Shown here: positions 27,312-36,778 of the stretch, piece after piece
Position numbering within the stretch: the stretch's first letter is position 1
Layout of the letters: every line of letters begins with the position of its first letter
From: Minisyncoccota bacterium
GTDB lineage: Bacteria > Patescibacteriota > Minisyncoccia > UBA6257 > JAGOQP01
Direction: 5' to 3'
Assembly: GCA_041661795.1 (NCBI GenBank)
Contig: JBAZTS010000001.1
Span: forward strand, 124,161-188,160
DNA: 64,000 nucleotides
Notes under the pieces: generated by a model
What the model saw: only the letters and a program-made list of their open reading frames with translations
Told to the model about the DNA's origin: nothing
The model's database searches: none
Made by a program: the position numbers and the translations under genes

Positions 27312-27923
27312 ATGAACAATCCACAAAAAGGTTTTAAAAATATACTTTTGGCTGTAGCGATCGTAGCGATTATTGGCGCGGTAGGATATTTTACTTTACC
27401 TCAAAAAAATTCAGAGCCAACAACAGAAGTAGCAAGTGCATCAACTATCATTTCAACAATCACCGATGCCGAGGCGAGACAGCAGTTGGAATCTGCCAAC
27501 ACTTGCAATTATCCTGACAGCTGGAACAGAAGCGATTGCGTGAATGCCGCGGAACCCCAAACAAGCTTAAAGGGAATTCATCAGGCTGTGCTCACCGAAG
27601 TTATCAGCTTCAAAAAGGACTGCGATACATGGACGGGAAGTGGGGGCGCTTGCAACGTCGGCGTAACGGGCGGTACTGAAATTAGCGGCGGACATGCGGG
27701 TGGCGACTGTAGCCATTTAACCGGCGACAAGATAGACATTAGCAACACCATCTCGGTTAATAATTATATCTTAGCTAAGGATTCAGCCGGCAATTATGTC
27801 AACTTTACTTTAACTGGCAACCGTGAAGACGGTACCGCACTATATAAAAACAAAATGACCGGAGTCATATATGCCGAAGAATCAGACCACTGGGATATCG
27901 GCGGTGTGGGTTGTATAAAATAA
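27312..27923 (+). CDS. hypothetical Cys-rich, Gly-rich secreted or membrane-anchored protein (N-terminal TM anchor)
   Basis: 203 aa. N-terminal hydrophobic anchor ILLAVAIVAIIGAVGYF. Eight Cys and Gly-rich segments. GC elevated relative to background. Confidence 0.5.
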   Translation: MNNPQKGFKNILLAVAIVAIIGAVGYFTLPQKNSEPTTEVASASTIISTITDAEARQQLESANTCNYPDSWNRSDCVNAAEPQTSLKGIHQAVLTEVISFKKDCDTWTGSGGACNVGVTGGTEISGGHAGGDCSHLTGDKIDISNTISVNNYILAKDSAGNYVNFTLTGNREDGTALYKNKMTGVIYAEESDHWDIGGVGCIK

Positions 27924-28064
27924 CACCACCTCGTTAGAGATGGCTAGTTACAAATTTCTAGTTTATTAAATAGTCGGTTATATCTATCTCTAACGGGGTT
28001 CACCAAACAAAAAATGGCTTCAGGCTATTTTTTGTTTTATAGATATTTGCTGTATAATTAATTC

Positions 28065-29030
28065 ATGTCAAACCAAGAAAACCAAATTATAAAAATCATA
28101 GAAGAAACTCTACCTTCGGTTATTTCTATTTTACCTGAAGACAAAGACGTTGACGACTTCAAAAATATAAGCCAGGACACAATAAAAAAGATATTAAAAA
28201 GAGAGGAGGAATTAAACGGCGGTTCTGGGTTTATTGTTGACGAAAATGGGATAGTTGTAACAGTAAGACACATACTCTCCAACAGCGATACCTATAAAAT
28301 CACAACCAACAGCAACGCTTCTTACAAAGCCAAAAAAATAGGAGTTGATACCGTAAACGATATAGCTTTTTTAAAAATAGAATCGGATGATAAATTCCAA
28401 GCGCTTCCCTTGGGAGATTCGTCTAATCTGAAACTTGGCCAGAGCGTTTTGGCTATTGGAAATGTTCTGGGGATTTTTTCCAACACAGTCTCGGAAGGAA
28501 TAATTTCGGGACTTTTAAGATCAATTACCGCCAGCGACGGAAAAAAGACAGAAGAAAATTTACATGGACTGATTCAAACCGATGCAGCTATAAATCCAGG
28601 TAATTCCGGCGGGCCTTTAATAAATTCAGATGGAGAAGCTGTGGGAATAAATTCAGCCAGTGTTGCCCAAGCTGAAAATATTGGTTTTGCCATGCCGATA
28701 AACATAATTAAAAAGGATTTGGAAAAAATAAAAAAGTTTGGAACTTTTAGGAGGCCTTTTTTGGGAGTAAGATATATAATAATTGACAAAGGCGCTTTAA
28801 TAATCAAACCAGACAAGTACAGACCGGCGGTGGTGGAATTAAGTCCGGCTGATAAAGCCGGTCTAAAAGAAGGAGACGTTATAACGCGCATCAATGAAAA
28901 TGAGATAAATAAAGAGCATAACCTTGAAGATTTTTTGGAAGAGTCGCTGGTTGGTCAAAGAGTAAAGATGGTTATTTTGAGAGAAAAAGTTAAATTTGAA
29001 ACAACTCTTAAACTTGAAGAGATAAAATAA
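28065..29030 (+). CDS. htrA: S1C-family serine protease with PDZ domain (HtrA/DegP-like)
   Basis: Catalytic-triad motifs (His in TVRHIL, Asp in DIAFLKI, Ser in GNSGGPLIN) plus a C-terminal PDZ domain (GVRYIIIDKGALII..., LKEGDVITRINENEI). Confidence 0.85.
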   Translation: MSNQENQIIKIIEETLPSVISILPEDKDVDDFKNISQDTIKKILKREEELNGGSGFIVDENGIVVTVRHILSNSDTYKITTNSNASYKAKKIGVDTVNDIAFLKIESDDKFQALPLGDSSNLKLGQSVLAIGNVLGIFSNTVSEGIISGLLRSITASDGKKTEENLHGLIQTDAAINPGNSGGPLINSDGEAVGINSASVAQAENIGFAMPINIIKKDLEKIKKFGTFRRPFLGVRYIIIDKGALIIKPDKYRPAVVELSPADKAGLKEGDVITRINENEINKEHNLEDFLEESLVGQRVKMVILREKVKFETTLKLEEIK

Positions 29031-29205
29031 CAAGCAAAATACTCATTAGAATATGGATATTTTGTTACTATCTTTCTGGTAATAATTAAGGTAAGGAGCT
29101 TGACGTTCTGAAGGTTTATTCAAACCAAGGTCTTTAACAAATCCATAAATATAAAAAATCACCAGAATTAAAACTAAGCCGATAATAATACCTTTCATAA
29201 AATCT

Positions 29206-31644
29206 TTAAGGTTTAAGAACTATATTAATTACTTTGCCGGGAATAAATATAATTCTGTCAATTCTCAAATCTTTAAGATAAGACGATAATTTACTGTCTT
29301 TTTTTATAATAACCAAAACTTCTTCCTGATTGGGACTTCCCGAAAGTTTTAACAATCCCCTTGTCTTTCCGTTAAATTGGACGGCTATATTGGATAATTG
29401 ATGACCCGTTATTTTTTTGTTAAATTTAGGCCATTTTTCCAAATGCACTGATTTACACGGATGAAGTTTCTGCCAGATTTCTTCAGTAATAAAAGGAGCA
29501 AAAGGAGAAAGCAGTTTTATAAAAGTTTCAAACTGGGACACGGAAACATTATTAGATTTTTCCATGTTATTAAAAAGAATCATCAGAGAGCTGATAGCTG
29601 TATTGTAGTTTAAGCTATCTATATCGTCGCTCACCTTCTTTACCGTCTGATTTATCATGACTTCAATTCCTTTCTCATGAGTCCCATGCTTTAAGCTGTG
29701 CGATTTAGAAAATTTCCAAACTCTATCTAAAAACCTATAAATACCAATAATGGCCTGGTCCCTAAAATCACCTCCCTGTTCAAATGGAGCTAAAAACATT
29801 AGATAAGTTCTTAATGTGTCGGCTCCAAATCTTTTTATATACTCATCGGGGTTTATAATATTTCCCTTGGACTTGGACATTTTGGCTCCTTCTTTAATAA
29901 TCAGTCCGTGGGCTCTGAATTTTTTTACCGGCTCTTGAAAATCAACCAATTTTAAATCGTGTAAAGCCATAGCCAAAAACCTAATGTACAAAAGATGAAG
30001 AACCGAATGTTCCGCTCCTCCTATGTACATATCAATAGGCAACCATCGCTTTGCGATGTTGCTAAATTCCAAACTCCCAACTCCCAACTTCCAACTAGAA
30101 AAAACCATTAAATAGCCAATATAGTACCAAGCCGAATCAAGAAATGTATCAGAAACATCTGTTTCTCTTGTGGCCTTGCCTCCGCATTTAGGACATTTAG
30201 TTTCATAAAAAGATTTAACAAAAGCCAAAGGAGATTTTCCTTTGCCTTGAGGCCTAAAATCTTTAACAACAGGGAGTTTGATTGGTAAATCTTTTTCTGG
30301 AACTGGTTGCCAGGCGCATTTTTTACAAAAAATCATGGGAATCGGAGGACCCCAATATCTTTGACGAGAGATGAGCCAATCACGAAGGTGAAATTGAGAT
30401 GTTATTTTCCCACCAACTAATTTGGTTATTTCAATTATAGCTTTTTTAGAATCCATTCCGTTAAACTTTCCGGAATTAATTAAATGTTCTTTATCATCTA
30501 AAACTTGCACAGAAACAAGTTTATATTTTTTGGCAAATTCAAAATCCCTTTGATCATGCGCTGGAACGGCCATAATAGCTCCCATTCCGTAAGAACCCAA
30601 AACATAATCAGCTACAAAAATAGGAATCTCTTTCTTAGTAGCTGGATTCATTGCTTTTATACCTTTTAATTCAACTCCCGTTTTTTCTCCACCCTCTCTT
30701 ATTCTTTCATCTCTTGATTTTGACTTCGCTTTATTCACATAACTTTCTATCTCTTTCCAGTTTTTCACCTTAGACCCTAAATCCTTAATCCTATCCCCTA
30801 ACAATTCATGCTCTGGAGATAAAACTATGTAAGTAGCTCCAAATAATGTATCTGGACGAGTGGTAAAGATACGTATATCGTATGCCGTATTTCGTATTTT
30901 AAAATCAATCAGGGCTCCGTCACTGCGTCCTATCCATTCTTTTTGAGCAATTTTAACTTTATCCGACCAATCTAATTTATCTATGTTATTTAATAATTTA
31001 TCGGCATAATCGGTTATTTTAAAAAACCATTGCTCCAATTTCTTTCTAATGACTTTAGTAGAACATCTTTCACATTCACCCCGCTCAATATCTGAGCGAG
31101 GCTCGCCTTTTCGAGATGAGGCGGCAGAAATTACCTGTTCATCTGCCAGTACAGTTTTACAGGAAGGACACCAATTAACTTCTTGTTTCTTTCTATAAGC
31201 TAACCCCTTTTTAAACATCTGGACAAATATCCATTGTGTCCATTTATAATAATTTGAATCATACGTTTCAAGTTTTTCTTTCCAAGCAAAACCGTTGCCC
31301 ATTGTTTCAAGTTGTTTATAGAACTTTTTTTCTGAAATTTTTGCCTGTTTAGCCGGATGGATCCCTACTTTAATGGCATAGTTTTCCGAATGAATACCAA
31401 AACCATCAAGCCCAATTGGCTCAAAAACATCGTATCCTTCCATTCTTTTCTTCCTCCCATAAATATCGGAGCCAACAAAAGCATACATATTTCCAACGTG
31501 AAGACCTTCTGCCGAAGGATAGGGAAACATCATTAAATTATAAAATGGCAATTTTGCTCTCAAAACAGAGGGTTCATACACCCCATTTTTCTTCCAAATT
31601 TGATTCCATTTTTTCTCTATTTTTTTAAAGTCAAAGCTATTCAT
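29206..31644 (-). CDS. leuS: leucyl-tRNA synthetase
   Basis: Class I HIGH-like motif (HVGNMYAF) and KMSKS (KMSKSKGN). Editing and Zn domains present. The start is taken as MNSFDFKKIEKKWNQ. Contains an in-frame CTCCCAA x3 heptamer array at 30074..30094. Confidence 0.9.
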   Translation of the reverse strand: MNSFDFKKIEKKWNQIWKKNGVYEPSVLRAKLPFYNLMMFPYPSAEGLHVGNMYAFVGSDIYGRKKRMEGYDVFEPIGLDGFGIHSENYAIKVGIHPAKQAKISEKKFYKQLETMGNGFAWKEKLETYDSNYYKWTQWIFVQMFKKGLAYRKKQEVNWCPSCKTVLADEQVISAASSRKGEPRSDIERGECERCSTKVIRKKLEQWFFKITDYADKLLNNIDKLDWSDKVKIAQKEWIGRSDGALIDFKIRNTAYDIRIFTTRPDTLFGATYIVLSPEHELLGDRIKDLGSKVKNWKEIESYVNKAKSKSRDERIREGGEKTGVELKGIKAMNPATKKEIPIFVADYVLGSYGMGAIMAVPAHDQRDFEFAKKYKLVSVQVLDDKEHLINSGKFNGMDSKKAIIEITKLVGGKITSQFHLRDWLISRQRYWGPPIPMIFCKKCAWQPVPEKDLPIKLPVVKDFRPQGKGKSPLAFVKSFYETKCPKCGGKATRETDVSDTFLDSAWYYIGYLMVFSSWKLGVGSLEFSNIAKRWLPIDMYIGGAEHSVLHLLYIRFLAMALHDLKLVDFQEPVKKFRAHGLIIKEGAKMSKSKGNIINPDEYIKRFGADTLRTYLMFLAPFEQGGDFRDQAIIGIYRFLDRVWKFSKSHSLKHGTHEKGIEVMINQTVKKVSDDIDSLNYNTAISSLMILFNNMEKSNNVSVSQFETFIKLLSPFAPFITEEIWQKLHPCKSVHLEKWPKFNKKITGHQLSNIAVQFNGKTRGLLKLSGSPNQEEVLVIIKKDSKLSSYLKDLRIDRIIFIPGKVINIVLKP

Positions 31645-31713
31645 TTTACTAAGAGAGATGACTACGGATAATAACAAATTTATACCGATAATGTAAAACA
31701 GTCCTTTGTCGGT

Positions 31714-33243
31714 TTATTTCTTGATGAAAAAGTTTATTCTAAAACTTATGAATCCGTTGCCTAAATCTGAAAAACTAGAGAGAGGCATATCTACCCTTTC
31801 TATTTTATCAATTAACTCAATTTTATTTTTAAAATCAAGCGCATAGGATTCCTTGGTGGTTCTAGCGCTTATTGAAGCCGGACTTTGGTTGCCTGATATT
31901 GATAACCTATCAATAGAAACATTACTTCCGATACTGGAATAAATTGAAGAGACCACATCAGATATTTTAATTATTTGTCCCTTGGCTTTAATGGCTTTAT
32001 CAACTCCAGTATTAAACTGTTCGGCTTCTTTTTTAAGAGTGTTTAAATAAGCGATGTTGTGATTGGCTGAAAGATTAGCCACATCACCGGCCAAACTCAT
32101 AGAAAAAGAATCCAAAAACACAAAAACTCCCCAATAAGCGAAAACTATTACTGATAAAGTGGCTATGATGACATTTTTCCAAATACTAAAAAAAGAAGTA
32201 ACTTGAGAATGAAAAAACTTGTTCTCGGTATCTTCGGGAGCCAAACTTATTTCTCTATCTTGTGATCTTGAAACTATTCCCCTAATAGCTGCTCCCAATG
32301 ATGCCGACCAAGAAACATCAACCGCAAAAGAATTTAAAGAGAGAGGAGATACTTCTAAAACAAAATTGTCCATAAGAATGTTTTTCACCTGCTCTTCAAT
32401 CCCCGGGGCAACAATATATATTTTTTTCAAGTTGTCTTGGAATCTACCAGAATAAAAGTTAATTACCCTATGACCTTCCTGAATTATTAAGGACTTAAAT
32501 TGGTCAAAAGATATTTCTCTCTGAGACCCATCTTTAGCAACGATCGTTTCCCAAGGAGAAAACCTATTAAAATATAAAGAACCCTCCCTCACCACCGAGA
32601 AGCTCATTCCATCGCTATTTATGTGCATTATAAAATACGAATATTTTTCATGATCTTTATTTATTGTATCTATAACTCTTACCAAAGAGGCGGCTTTTTG
32701 CTCAATAGCTAATACAGTAAAATCGGCCTGGGAAAGACAGGAAGACATGGAATTTATGATGTTTTTATCCACAAAAGAAGATAAAATTTCTGTCTCATGG
32801 ACAGATTTTCCTTGATCAGAAATATTTTGCCAATCAGAATAGGCACCAGAAAAGTTTATGGGAGAAATGACCTGCATATTTAATCTAACCGTTTCTTTAA
32901 AATCGGATTCCTTTAAAATCGGGAGTACAAAAGATTGAGTGTAAATATTAGAGTCGGATAACGTGACTATAACTGCTACTTTTTTATTTTTTCTGGGAGT
33001 AATGCTGTCGTGCAAAGTTTCTAAAGCTTTTATAAATTCTTTGGAATTTATAATACTCCCGTTTCTTAGGGCGCCTATCGGAATTTTAGTCGAAAATTTT
33101 GAAATTTTATTAGTATCAACATCTAGGATAGCAAAAAATACTCCATTGTCAGTAATTTCCATCCCTCCAATCTCTGTCTTGGGTTTGATTAGCCGTAAAA
33201 ACTTTTTTAGTACTTTCGTAATCATTTCGTATTTCGTAGCCAA
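31714..33243 (-). CDS. pilM: type IV pilus assembly protein PilM (actin-like ATPase fold) fused to a PilN-like TM/periplasmic segment
   Basis: 509 aa. N-terminal FtsA/PilM-like region, then a TM helix (IIATLSVIVFAYWGVFVFL) and a C-terminal periplasmic region. Located at the distal end of the pilBC-pilin operon. Confidence 0.55.
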   Translation of the reverse strand: MATKYEMITKVLKKFLRLIKPKTEIGGMEITDNGVFFAILDVDTNKISKFSTKIPIGALRNGSIINSKEFIKALETLHDSITPRKNKKVAVIVTLSDSNIYTQSFVLPILKESDFKETVRLNMQVISPINFSGAYSDWQNISDQGKSVHETEILSSFVDKNIINSMSSCLSQADFTVLAIEQKAASLVRVIDTINKDHEKYSYFIMHINSDGMSFSVVREGSLYFNRFSPWETIVAKDGSQREISFDQFKSLIIQEGHRVINFYSGRFQDNLKKIYIVAPGIEEQVKNILMDNFVLEVSPLSLNSFAVDVSWSASLGAAIRGIVSRSQDREISLAPEDTENKFFHSQVTSFFSIWKNVIIATLSVIVFAYWGVFVFLDSFSMSLAGDVANLSANHNIAYLNTLKKEAEQFNTGVDKAIKAKGQIIKISDVVSSIYSSIGSNVSIDRLSISGNQSPASISARTTKESYALDFKNKIELIDKIERVDMPLSSFSDLGNGFISFRINFFIKK

Positions 33244-33245
33244 AT

Positions 33246-33656
33246 TTAATTGACCGATACTTCTTCTATAGAATCAATATTAACAAATCCAGAATTATTG
33301 TCGGCTTGAAGAATTGCCTCAAATTTACTTCTTTTATCAACAGCCACCGCCTCTGAAGAGATGTCATATCTTCCACTTATATCCCTTGTGATTTGTATTG
33401 CGGTAGAAGCATTATCCAAGGTGAGAGAATAAGACCCCGATGGAAAATCTTTATCCCACAGAACCTTTAATATAGCATCGTTTATACCGGCTTTTGCAGC
33501 CATAGAAGCGTTTCTGGAAAGACGAACGCCTAACCCTTGTTGATTTAGAAAATAAGAAGCCACCAAACTAGCTATGGCCGCTTCCACCACTATAGCTCCC
33601 ATTATTAGTATTGCAGAAAGAGCAGCGACTCCTTTTTTATTATTGAGTAACTTCAT
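33246..33656 (-). CDS. hypothetical membrane-anchored protein in the pilus operon (PilO/minor-pilin-like)
   Basis: 136 aa. N-terminal basic leader plus hydrophobic helix VAALSAILIMGAIVVEAAIASLVASYF. Confidence 0.4.
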   Translation of the reverse strand: MKLLNNKKGVAALSAILIMGAIVVEAAIASLVASYFLNQQGLGVRLSRNASMAAKAGINDAILKVLWDKDFPSGSYSLTLDNASTAIQITRDISGRYDISSEAVAVDKRSKFEAILQADNNSGFVNIDSIEEVSVN

Positions 33657-33996
33657 TTTCTCTTATAGAGTTCAAAACTTGGCTTGATGAAGATAATTTT
33701 ACTATCCAAACGACTTTATCATTGTTTATTTTTATCTTGTCTTCTGGACCCCAAACTGATTCTTTAAATTTTGACAAAGCAAGATTTTGCGTTTGAGAAT
33801 CTTTATTAAGATACCAAACATTGGAGAGCGAAAGATAAGGAAATCTGGAAAGTTTGCCAAAATAAATATCTCCGGTATCAAGATAGACAGCATAATAATC
33901 ACTGCCATTGGCAGTTCCTTTCCAATAAAGAAACCCGGCCACAAAAATTAATAAGACAACTAACACAACCAACAACGCAATTATTATTTTTTTCAT
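33640..33996 (-). CDS. hypothetical membrane-anchored protein in the pilus operon
   Basis: 118 aa with a single N-terminal TM helix (IIIALLVVLVVLLIFVAGFLYW). Confidence 0.4.
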   Translation of the reverse strand: MKKIIIALLVVLVVLLIFVAGFLYWKGTANGSDYYAVYLDTGDIYFGKLSRFPYLSLSNVWYLNKDSQTQNLALSKFKESVWGPEDKIKINNDKVVWIVKLSSSSQVLNSIRENEVTQ

Positions 33997-34020
33997 ATGA
34001 TTTGATTATAAACTATTTAT

Positions 34021-35568
34021 TTATTTACTCCAGTTTAAATGAATATCATTCACCGTAGGAGAATTTCCAGAATCAGGAGAAAGGAATATTTTGTATCTAA
34101 AGTATCTGGAGTTATACAACCCAGAAAGCTTTTTAGAAATATTGCTGTTAGTGGGAGTGTAATAACTTGAACCAGTCCCATCCGAACCGACATATGTCCA
34201 GGGACCGCCTGATGAGTTGGATGTGGCAATTTGGAACTTAATCACGGTACCAGATGGTTTTGTCCCCTGCCAAAGAACACTATTTAGAGAAGCACCCCCA
34301 ACAACTTGTGAATCATAAATTAATGATGTTAAATCACCTGATATAGTAGTAGAAGCCAAAGTCAAGGATAATCCTGCGGTAATATTAGTTGAAGAGGAAA
34401 AAGTATTTATAATAGAAGAAGTTGTGGCATCTCCCACGTTTCCTCCCGACCAATCGTATTGGGAAAAAACATCATCTTTATACCGCGTCAAATAATTTGA
34501 AAACTTTAGATTTCTTCCATCCTGCCATTCAACAGCGCTAACAACTTTTTGAGTGGAAGGGTCATCTGTCCCACTGCTTGCTACTATATCGTTATTGCCG
34601 TCTCTTTGGACATTTTCTAAATAAAAATATCTGGAATATACGGCGCTGTTATAAATTTGTTTTATTTCTTGAGCGGAAAGAGCGCGGTTATAAACACGAA
34701 CATCGTCAATAAAACCATTTACATAGTAACCAGGATAGTATCCTATATTTGTTGCGGACCCAGTAGTTAAAGCCCCTGAAACGGGATTAGTTGCAGTTTG
34801 ATTTCCATCAATATACGACACTAAATTTGATCCGTCATAAGTCAACGCAAGAAAATGCCAACTACCATCAGTAACGCCCGATCCAGAATTAAAAACTTGT
34901 CTTCCTTGAGTTGCAGTGGTTACACCTGTACGTATCTGCCCCCCCGGATCTGGAACACTTATTTCAATCTGAGTACCCTGCATAAAAATGATATGATGAT
35001 CACTAGTAGAAACGCCAACTCTTTTAAACCACCCCGACACAGTAACGTATAGTGGCGGATTTGGTGGAGACGCAATACCCACATAATTACTTCCATTAAA
35101 ACTTAAACATCCACCGACTCGACAACTGGACGAAGCTGTGCGCGTTGGACTGCCATTTAAAGTTCCACTATTATAATTCCCCGAGGAATCATACGCTAAA
35201 GAACCTGCTGTTTCGTCCATTTTCCAATGTCCCACAAGTCCACTATTAACATCATTATATAGAATGCTTTCTTGGCCGGATACTGACACCGCTGCAGTGG
35301 AAGAAGAAACTATAAAATATTGATTAGCTGAACCTTTGTTTAAATCGTATATATTGTGCCAATTATTATTTGTGAATGATTCAACTTTATTGGCTAAATC
35401 CATAGCCAAAGAAGAAGCTGTCTGGTTTCCCCTATTCTCAAAATTATTTTTTATAACAGAAACAATAGCCACTGTGGCTCCTAAAATAAACATCCCTCCA
35501 ACAGCTATAGCGACTAAAACTTCCATCAAGAGCTGACCACTTTGATTTTTTATATTAATATGAATCAT
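34021..35568 (-). CDS. prepilin-type N-terminal domain protein with C-terminal LamG (concanavalin A-like lectin) domain; pseudopilin or tip-adhesin candidate
   Basis: Class III signal-like N-terminus (SGQLLMEVLVAIAVGGMFILG). LamG/Laminin_G_3 hallmarks (GHWKMDETAGS..., GWFKRVG..., DDVRVYNRALSAQEIKQIYN). Confidence 0.65.
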   Translation of the reverse strand: MIHINIKNQSGQLLMEVLVAIAVGGMFILGATVAIVSVIKNNFENRGNQTASSLAMDLANKVESFTNNNWHNIYDLNKGSANQYFIVSSSTAAVSVSGQESILYNDVNSGLVGHWKMDETAGSLAYDSSGNYNSGTLNGSPTRTASSSCRVGGCLSFNGSNYVGIASPPNPPLYVTVSGWFKRVGVSTSDHHIIFMQGTQIEISVPDPGGQIRTGVTTATQGRQVFNSGSGVTDGSWHFLALTYDGSNLVSYIDGNQTATNPVSGALTTGSATNIGYYPGYYVNGFIDDVRVYNRALSAQEIKQIYNSAVYSRYFYLENVQRDGNNDIVASSGTDDPSTQKVVSAVEWQDGRNLKFSNYLTRYKDDVFSQYDWSGGNVGDATTSSIINTFSSSTNITAGLSLTLASTTISGDLTSLIYDSQVVGGASLNSVLWQGTKPSGTVIKFQIATSNSSGGPWTYVGSDGTGSSYYTPTNSNISKKLSGLYNSRYFRYKIFLSPDSGNSPTVNDIHLNWSK

Positions 35569-36760
35569 ATAAATTTTTTACCTCTGTTGGAGAAAGAGCG
35601 CGATTATAAATACGGACGTCGTCAATTAGACCTTTAAAATTGTAACCACCCACTATAAACCAATTTCCAAAGGCCCAATACTTAGTTGTTGGCAAGGTTA
35701 GAGATGCTGGTATTCCTCCGTTAAAACCACTAAAGCCGATATCTTGACCGTTAATGTATGCTTTCAATTTATTTGCATTACCAATTTGAGTTCCATCAAA
35801 CACAATTACTATATTATTCCAACTCCCAGCACTGTAGCCAGCAGTATTAGTAAGACCATAATTATTTCCTGCATCAGATACACTATCTGCTACAAAACAG
35901 TAAAAATCGGTAGATGCTGAATTACTCTTTCGTAATATAATTTGTGAATTTCCTGATGAGCTCCAAGAAGACCAGAGCACTCCTGATGGATTGATGACCG
36001 GTTCTGAAAACCAAATAGACCAAGTAACTTTGTTAAGACCATCCACAATATTTTTATTTCCAATATCAATATAATCACTGGCCCCATTAAAACTAATCGC
36101 TCCTCCAAGTTTCCCAAACGCCCAAGTCGTACCTCCACCGTTATTTGCTGTTCCGTTATTTGAATTTCCCGACACATCCTCAAGTCCCACGGTTGTGTCA
36201 TCAGCAATGATTCCGCTTGTTCCTCCGTCAAATGGCCAATATCCTACCAAAGAATCGTCTTGAGAAACGCCTATCTTTCCCTGCGAGCTAATAGAAACAA
36301 CAGCGGTATTGCTCCCTCCTTTCATTCTAACAACCAAAGAGTCGGATAAAATTGGCTTCCCCGATATGGCTATAAAAGATATGGTCTTTGAGCTCCCGTC
36401 AACCGGACTAACCAAATCCGTTACCGGATTTAACCCACTTTCCACAACAACCGAAGAAGTTGCATAAGAGGTTCCTGAAAATATTTGATAGTAGTCAATC
36501 GAACTAGTACTGTTGGTAAACTTTATGCTCCAGCCATAACCCCCTTCCTGATTAATTGACCTGTTTTGCGTATTTCTTATGGCTTCAACAATATTTTCCA
36601 CATCCAAATCAAAACTGTGCCTGTTTTTATAGTTTCCAAAACCTATAAAAGCGACTCCGGCCATAACGATTACAATTCCCACGGATATCAAAAGCTCAAC
36701 CATGGTAAAGGATTTCTTGCAAGCAAAAAATCTTTTTGTTTTTCCTTTTTTGTCTTTCAT
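35555..36760 (-). CDS. prepilin-type N-terminal domain protein with C-terminal LamG domain
   Basis: Leader MKDKKGKTKRFFACKKS, then FTMVELLISVGIVIVMAGVAF. LamG hallmarks (LVGYWPFDGGTSG..., WSIWFS, DDVRIYNRALSPTEVKNLY). Confidence 0.65.
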   Translation of the reverse strand: MKDKKGKTKRFFACKKSFTMVELLISVGIVIVMAGVAFIGFGNYKNRHSFDLDVENIVEAIRNTQNRSINQEGGYGWSIKFTNSTSSIDYYQIFSGTSYATSSVVVESGLNPVTDLVSPVDGSSKTISFIAISGKPILSDSLVVRMKGGSNTAVVSISSQGKIGVSQDDSLVGYWPFDGGTSGIIADDTTVGLEDVSGNSNNGTANNGGGTTWAFGKLGGAISFNGASDYIDIGNKNIVDGLNKVTWSIWFSEPVINPSGVLWSSWSSSGNSQIILRKSNSASTDFYCFVADSVSDAGNNYGLTNTAGYSAGSWNNIVIVFDGTQIGNANKLKAYINGQDIGFSGFNGGIPASLTLPTTKYWAFGNWFIVGGYNFKGLIDDVRIYNRALSPTEVKNLYDSY

Positions 36761-36778
36761 ATAAAATACAAACTACTA

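Noticed and set aside
31416-35536. Small plus-strand ORFs (31416..31628, 32219..32455, 32963..33253, 34855..35052, 35336..35536) and similar short antisense ORFs throughout (e.g. 8265..8621, 12127..12467, 14216..14938, 22071..22607)
   Set aside because: They are all embedded antisense within well-supported long genes (leuS, pilM, LamG pseudopilins, smc, dnaE, gyrB). They have low-complexity composition and no RBS, so they are spurious.
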